From a virus (lineage: Duplodnaviria; Caudoviricetes): DNA of 36,710 nucleotides. Positions 27,628-33,900 of the stretch are shown here, in pieces; the stretch's first letter is position 1, and every line of letters starts with the position of its first letter. The notes beneath the pieces were generated by a model, which ran no database searches, had not been told where the DNA came from, and worked only from the letters and a program-made list of their open reading frames with translations. A program made the translations under genes and the position numbers. Location: the IMG/VR virus record IMGVR_UViG_3300012346_000232, positions 1 through 36,710 of that record. One strand, 5' to 3'.

Positions 27628-28370
27628 AAACATTATCATTTGATAACGGAAGAGACGGAGGGACACCAGGTTGGGTTTCAAGGTACTCATATCATCCTGA
27701 TTGGATGATTGGATTTAAGAATAGACTTTACACGTTTAAGAACGGTGAGATTTATTCTCATGATACCAATCAAAGTAGAAATCAATTCTATGGTACTAAC
27801 TATCCGTCTAAAATTAAGACAGTTCTTAACGACGCGCCTACTGAAACTAAAATGTTCAAGACGTTGGCTATTGATAGTAATGACGCGTGGTCAGCTACGT
27901 ATGATACTGATATGGGTCAAGGATACAATCCACATACATACTTTGTTAAGAAAGAGGACGATTTCGTATCGTACTTAAGAAGACTAGATAGTTTGGTGAT
28001 AAGCGACGATGACTCCAAGTTACGTTCAACAATGGGTCTAGGAACAGTACTATCATTTGCATCACCTACCATAACATTTACTACTAACATTGACCTTACT
28101 ACTATTGCTGTTGGTGATCGTATCTATAAAATTGTAGCGAATGCATTTGTATATGTTGGAGATATAGTTTCTTATACAGCCAATACAGTTGTATTGTCTG
28201 GAGGTACAGTTACTGCTGCTGATTTCATTGTTGTAGCTAAAAACAAAGCTGCTGAATCATACGGAATGAGAGGGTTCTATCTAAATCTAGAGCTAGAGTC
28301 TGACGTTACAAACACAAATTATATAGAATTATTTGGTGTAGAATCATCTATCTTCAAGTCTTTTCCGTAA
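27621..28370 (+). CDS. Stabilisation/muzzle protein C-terminal part encoded as a separate ORF
   Basis: TLSFD...GWVSRYSYHP...LYTFKNGEIYSH...NQFYG...KMFKTL, recalled as the distal segment of crAss-like stabilisation proteins. Confidence 0.6.
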   Translation: MLETLSFDNGRDGGTPGWVSRYSYHPDWMIGFKNRLYTFKNGEIYSHDTNQSRNQFYGTNYPSKIKTVLNDAPTETKMFKTLAIDSNDAWSATYDTDMGQGYNPHTYFVKKEDDFVSYLRRLDSLVISDDDSKLRSTMGLGTVLSFASPTITFTTNIDLTTIAVGDRIYKIVANAFVYVGDIVSYTANTVVLSGGTVTAADFIVVAKNKAAESYGMRGFYLNLELESDVTNTNYIELFGVESSIFKSFP

Positions 28371-28375
28371 CTTTG
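28368..28375 (+). promoter_or_regulatory. Bacteroidota -7 promoter element (TAACTTTG)
   Basis: Overlaps the upstream TAA. 4 nt before ATG 28380. Confidence 0.65.
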
Positions 28376-28379
28376 TGTT

Positions 28380-28775
28380 ATGGAGTTTAGATTATTAGAA
28401 GATTTAGATTACGATACTTTAGTAAAATGGTGGAAGTGGTGGAGATTCTCCGCTCCACCTAAAGACTCTCTTCCTCATAATGGCAAGGGCGGTATAATGG
28501 TATCGAAGGATGGCGTAGATGCATGCGCTGGATTCATTTACTTCACTAACAGTAACATGTGCTGGATTGAATTCATTGTAAGTAATCCTGAAGTAAAAGA
28601 AAACAGAAAGGAAGCTATTACGTTCCTTATCAATGAATTATCTTTATTAGCAAAACGCGCAGGTGTTAAAGTTGCGTATACTTCATTAAAATCTCAAAGT
28701 TTAATCAACAATTTTAGTGAGTGTGAATTCATTACAGGTAGCTCTAATTGCACTGAGATGATTAAAGTACTATAA
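28380..28775 (+). CDS. GNAT-fold acetyltransferase-like protein
   Basis: MEFRLLE...GIMVSKDG.DACAGFIY...CWIEFIVSNP...LINELSLLAKRAG. Position just before the ejection proteins. Confidence 0.55.
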   Translation: MEFRLLEDLDYDTLVKWWKWWRFSAPPKDSLPHNGKGGIMVSKDGVDACAGFIYFTNSNMCWIEFIVSNPEVKENRKEAITFLINELSLLAKRAGVKVAYTSLKSQSLINNFSECEFITGSSNCTEMIKVL

Positions 28776-28782
28776 TTTTTCG

Positions 28783-28790
28783 TAACTTTG
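28783..28790 (+). promoter_or_regulatory. Bacteroidota -7 promoter element (TAACTTTG), internal-virion operon
   Basis: Intergenic, 19 nt before ATG 28810. Confidence 0.65.
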
Positions 28791-28809
28791 AAGTTCATAA
28801 ACATTAAAT

Positions 28810-29487
28810 ATGGCAGCAATTACAAGCGCAGTAATAGGAGGTTTATCAGCTGGAGCTAGTTTAGTTCAATATTCACAGCAACAAAAATTATCCAAGGAAG
28901 CCGCGAAAGCTAGAGAATTAGCTCTTAATAGATTAAAAGCAATACAAGAACAGAATCCATTTGCAGCAGTACAGACTCCAACACTAGGGTCTAAAATGGC
29001 TATGGAACAAATCAGTCAACAAGGTGCTGATACATTAGCGGCATTGCAAGGTGCAGGAGCTGAAGGTGTTATTGGTGGTGTTACAGCACTTAATCAAGGA
29101 CTACGTGGTGCTGAGTTAGATGTAGCTGCGAATTTAGATCAAATGCGATACCAACGCGACATGACTCAAGCTGAAGCGCAAACTGGTATAAATGCTAGAG
29201 CAGCTGAACGTGACTTTAATATTGGAGCTGCTGAGGCAAGTGCTGCAGCTGAACAAATGGCTGATGCTGAATTAGCAGGAAACCAAGCACTTGGAAGTGC
29301 ATTCTCTGCACTTGGAACAGCCGCTGGAGCGTTAGGTGCTATTGAGAAATGGGACTATAGCGATATTGAAAAGTTAAGTGCAGTTGATAAAGCTGAATTT
29401 GAAAAGTTAACTGATCCAACGCAAAAAGGCGCATTCTTAGCTAGGCTATATCCAGATAAATTGAAATACCGTAAATACGTTAAGTAA
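28810..29487 (+). CDS. Putative internal virion (ejection) protein 1
   Basis: Ala/Gly/Gln-rich with hydrophobic Gly-Ala stretches near both ends. Typical podovirus position. Confidence 0.6.
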   Translation: MAAITSAVIGGLSAGASLVQYSQQQKLSKEAAKARELALNRLKAIQEQNPFAAVQTPTLGSKMAMEQISQQGADTLAALQGAGAEGVIGGVTALNQGLRGAELDVAANLDQMRYQRDMTQAEAQTGINARAAERDFNIGAAEASAAAEQMADAELAGNQALGSAFSALGTAAGALGAIEKWDYSDIEKLSAVDKAEFEKLTDPTQKGAFLARLYPDKLKYRKYVK

Positions 29488-30956
29488 TGGCTCAAAACGA
29501 ATTAAACCTATACGTTTCCAATCGTGGTGAAAATGGTCAGTTAGTCGATTGGACTAAAGCTGCTGCTAGTTTAACATCTGGTATTGCGGTAGCGTCTGGT
29601 ATGCGTGAATTACGTAGAGCAGAGAATGAACAATTTAAAAAATCAGCCGAAGAAGTAGTAGGTAAGGAGATAGATTTATCCAACCAAAGTATGGATAAGC
29701 TATTAATGAACGCTTCTTTTTCTGGAAGAGACAAGATAGTTCAGTTAAATAATGATATGCGAAATGGCAGAATCAGCAGAGCTCAATACAAAGCTTCCAT
29801 GGCTGACATTAGTACTAATTGGAAGAATACGGCTGATTATATTTCGAATATAGATAAAAGATATTCAGAAGCATTAGAGCGTCAAGAAACAGATAAAGCA
29901 TCTGAAATAGAAATAGGCATAATAGAGTATTTCGGTCAGTTAAATGACATAGGCAACAAAGCTATAACATTTGATGATAATGGATCCATATCGCTATCTA
30001 TACTAGATGATAAAGGACAGCCTACTGGAGCATATCAAAATATCAACTCATTAAATAATCTAATGAACAGTAGATTTGATAAAGTTGATTTAGTAGGTAT
30101 GGTTACTACTGGTACTGAAAAGTTCCCTGATTGGAAGAATAGAACTGTAACGGACATAAGAATGAGTCCTACATTTACTCAAAATAAGAATAAATTAGTA
30201 AATACAATACTAGCAGACCCGAGAAGTACTGCCTCTATTTTAGTGGACTATGGTAACTTTGGTTATTATTTTGTAGATAAAGATGGTAGCAATAAACAAA
30301 AAGCATTAGAGAAGTTACAACAAAACAATCCGTCTGCTACTGAAGCTGATTTAATTTTAATGGAGCAGAATGAAGATGGTAGAATGAATGCTAAGCTTAC
30401 TCCAGATCAATTAAAGGCGGCTCAAAAATTAGTTGATGCAGAGATAGAGCAAAGATTTAAACGTGAAGTTGATTTTGCTCCTGGATACGGGTCAGGCGTT
30501 ACTGCAGCAGCTAAAGCATCGGCATCAGCTGGACAAAGACAAGAGACAGCTAAAAATGGATATATATCTACATTAAAAGCTTTTGGATGGAGTCCTGGTG
30601 AATTTATAAGTAGCAATAAGATTATTTATAATAGAGGTTCTGACGGTAAGATTTTAAATGATTTTAGCGGATTGAATAGAAGTTATGAATACAGAAAGAA
30701 TTCAAAAGGATATATTGAAGTTTCTAAAATAGGCGAAACAGAGCCTTTCTTTACGGCTAAAAGCCCAGCTGAGCTACAGAATTTTGCATATGGAACAGAA
30801 GATGAAGCAGAAGCAAAAGACTTAGCTAACGAGGCTAGAGCTTTGTTTAGAGTAACTAAGAGAGGTAATCCAACTATTGATAAAGGAAATGCAAAAACCC
30901 CAAAAGCTAAACAGGGTGCTAAACCAAAAATAACTCCAGGTAGTGTACCAACATAA
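29487..30956 (+). CDS. Putative internal virion (ejection) protein 2
   Basis: 489-aa helical protein between the small ejection protein and the giant ORF. Confidence 0.55.
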   Translation: MAQNELNLYVSNRGENGQLVDWTKAAASLTSGIAVASGMRELRRAENEQFKKSAEEVVGKEIDLSNQSMDKLLMNASFSGRDKIVQLNNDMRNGRISRAQYKASMADISTNWKNTADYISNIDKRYSEALERQETDKASEIEIGIIEYFGQLNDIGNKAITFDDNGSISLSILDDKGQPTGAYQNINSLNNLMNSRFDKVDLVGMVTTGTEKFPDWKNRTVTDIRMSPTFTQNKNKLVNTILADPRSTASILVDYGNFGYYFVDKDGSNKQKALEKLQQNNPSATEADLILMEQNEDGRMNAKLTPDQLKAAQKLVDAEIEQRFKREVDFAPGYGSGVTAAAKASASAGQRQETAKNGYISTLKAFGWSPGEFISSNKIIYNRGSDGKILNDFSGLNRSYEYRKNSKGYIEVSKIGETEPFFTAKSPAELQNFAYGTEDEAEAKDLANEARALFRVTKRGNPTIDKGNAKTPKAKQGAKPKITPGSVPT

Positions 30957-30970
30957 TAAATATTAATAAT

Positions 30971-33900
30971 ATGCCAGAATATTCATCAAAACTTTACAGT
31001 TTTTTAGCTCAAAATGATCCTGAGTTTTCTAAGAAACTAACAGAAGATCAATTTATAAATAAGTTATCCACAGATGGCGGATACTCTAAAAAACTATATG
31101 ATTTTTTAGCTCAAAGTGATTCTGAGTTTTCTAAGAAATTAGACTATAATCAGTTTCAGGTGAAGACTAATTTAAAAAAAAAAGTTCCTACACAGGCATC
31201 AAAGCCTTCGGTTGGTTCTTCGGGTACTACAGAGACTCCTCAAAAACAGTCATCGGATTCATCAAGACCAAACGGGATATATAAGTTCCCAACGAACTTA
31301 AAGGCAAATTACAAGAAGGAAAACGGACAATGGTACGTTGATCCAAGTGGCGGGACTAAATTCCAGCCGCTAACAAAGGGTGACGTTGCTAAACGTGTTA
31401 AAGTATTAGAGAGTCAGGCTAATTATGATGAGGATTTAACTGCTTATAATATGCCAAAAGAAGCGAATTTTAAAGTAATATCCATTGAAGGTGTAGATGG
31501 TGGGGAGGTTGCAGAAAAATACAAAGATATAGCTAAAGCCAAAGTATTCACAGGATTCACTGGTAAAGAAGAGAATAAATACCGCATAGTAGATAACATC
31601 TGGCAACGTAGTATTCCAAATGAAAAAGGAGAGTACTCTGACTGGACAACTATCACAAATGAAGGATCAATTAAAGCTTTAAATAGTAAATTCAAACAAA
31701 ATGCAGGTCTTGATGTTGTTAAGGCAAAACAAGAATATGCTAAGATAGGATTCAAAGATATAAATTCAAATCTGATTGGAGGAGACGAAGGAGATGCTGT
31801 TCCTTATCTTACTAACAAATATGGTAATTTAGGTTTTAAATTTGAAGAAGGTTTAGGTGATCAAATGATTGTTAGATCATCTATTCCAGGCGTGAAACCT
31901 CTTACTATAAATATGGATTCTTGGGATGATGAGAAAGATGCAAATAATGCTGCTATACTAAAGGCTTACTTAAGTCAAAATGCATTGACAAAAGAAAAGG
32001 AAAAAGAAGTTTCTTTTACTGAGAAATACCAAAACATAGCTCTTGACAGAACTGGAAATGCTTATGTTGATGAAACTAAAAGATTAGCTGATTTAGAAGC
32101 AGGTAAACTGAATTTACCTAAAACTGAATTGCAGCAAAACTTAGACCAACAGAAAAAGAATGAAAGAATACAGAATCTAGAAAAAGAGACTGGACTTAAT
32201 ATGCGTGAAATTCAAGATGAAAAAGCACGTAAGGCTAAGATTTATGGATCATCAAAAGTATTTAAAGGTGATTTAACTGCAGCGGCTATAGCTGAACAAA
32301 ATAAAGTTAATAAGGTTTATGTAAATAATGAAATCAAAGATATAAATCTGAGAAACAAGCTTTCATTAAGATTAAGTGAGCAGTTTGATAATGATATGGC
32401 TGACTTTAATGCTAACTACGACACATATAGTGAAGAAGAAAGAGCTATAAAAGAAGCGGAATTAAAGCAAAAAGCAGCTGAACTTAAAGAAGTATATAAT
32501 CAAACTAAAAAAGATTCCTCTCATATCAACTATTTAGTTCAATCTCAAGCAACATCAACTATAGCTAGTAAACTTGTTGCTGAAAAAACAGGAACAGTTG
32601 CTGGGATGTATGGAAGAGCATTAACAGATGCTATTATTGACTCTGGTATGGGTGTGTATCAAGGATTATATGGATTGGCATTTGATGAAAGTCCAATTAC
32701 AACAGAAGATCGCCAGGAAGTTAAGGACAATATAGCAAAGGTATTTACTAATACAACATCTGAATTTACAGCATCTGAAGATAGAAGCTTAATGAATAGT
32801 GTTGTAGTTTCATTAATACAGCAGGCTCCAGCTGTTCTAGCTACTTTAGCAACAAGAGGTGCCGCATCAAAGCTAACTGGCGTTGCAGCTAAAGTAATGT
32901 CAAGGGCTCCAGGAGCTATATATAATTTCGGTATAGGATATTCGAATTCTTATGATTCAATGAGTGGATTAGATATATCAGATGATGATAAAAGAAAACT
33001 ATCTTTCTCTATAGCTACAGCTACAGCAGCATTAGAATCTTATGGATTAGAAAAGATTACTAGCAGTAAGGTTGCTTCAGGATTTGTTGCTAAACGTGTA
33101 GCTAGATTATTGTCTGGTCTTCCAAAAGGTGCAACAATGGAAATGATGAATACAGCTATATATGCTGATATGAAGAAAGTCGTTGCAGATAAATTAATTA
33201 AAGTAGCTGGAAAAGGAATTATAGAAGGTGGAGTTGAAGTATCTCAATCTGCTGCTGAACAAGAAATTAAGAATTTATACGAAATTTATAAAGATAAAGA
33301 TGTGTTCCAAGAAGATTGGGGTACATTTGGTAAAACTGCATTAAGAGAATTCTTAGTCGGATCTTTTGCTGGGGCAACTGTAAATGCAATGTCAAACTTA
33401 GGAACTACAGTGCAACAGTTAAGTGATCCTGTGAACTTTGGTTTATCTAAAAAAATTGCAACTGACGAAGACTTGCAAGACTTGTTTAAGAATGACTTGA
33501 AGTCAAAGATTATACAAGGAGAAATGTCAATTCCTGAAGCAAAAGCTAAGCTGCGAGCTGTTGGTGAGTTTAAAGCATTATTAGGAAAAGTACCTTCTAA
33601 TATGTTAGAGACCAATCAGCAAGAAGCAATGAAGTTGATTGAAGAAAAACAAAAGTTACAAAGTGAGATTGAAGGAAAAGAACCTTCATTAGTTGAAGAT
33701 CAAAAGCAACGTATAGTTGATATCGACAATGAGATGAAACAACTTGTTGAAGATGATGCTAAAGGAGAAATTCGTATTACCGCTAGAGGATTGGATCAAG
33801 TTCCAACCGAGTTTAGAGATAGAGCTAGATATAGAGGAACCTCTAAGGTTGGTAGATTTGGAAAAACAACAGATGATTACGTATATACCGTAACTAGAGA

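Noticed and set aside
31203-31225. Two CTTCGG motifs as frameshift-stimulating UUCG hairpins
   Set aside because: The flanking bases do not form stable stems. They more likely reflect Phe-Gly codons in the -1 frame.
662-33615. Many 60-110 aa antisense or alternate-frame ORFs in the track (e.g. 662-871, 1249-1461, 12896-13126, 15943-16239, 31444-31755, 33286-33615)
   Set aside because: They lie wholly within well-supported genes, lack motifs or initiation context, and look like codon-bias shadows.
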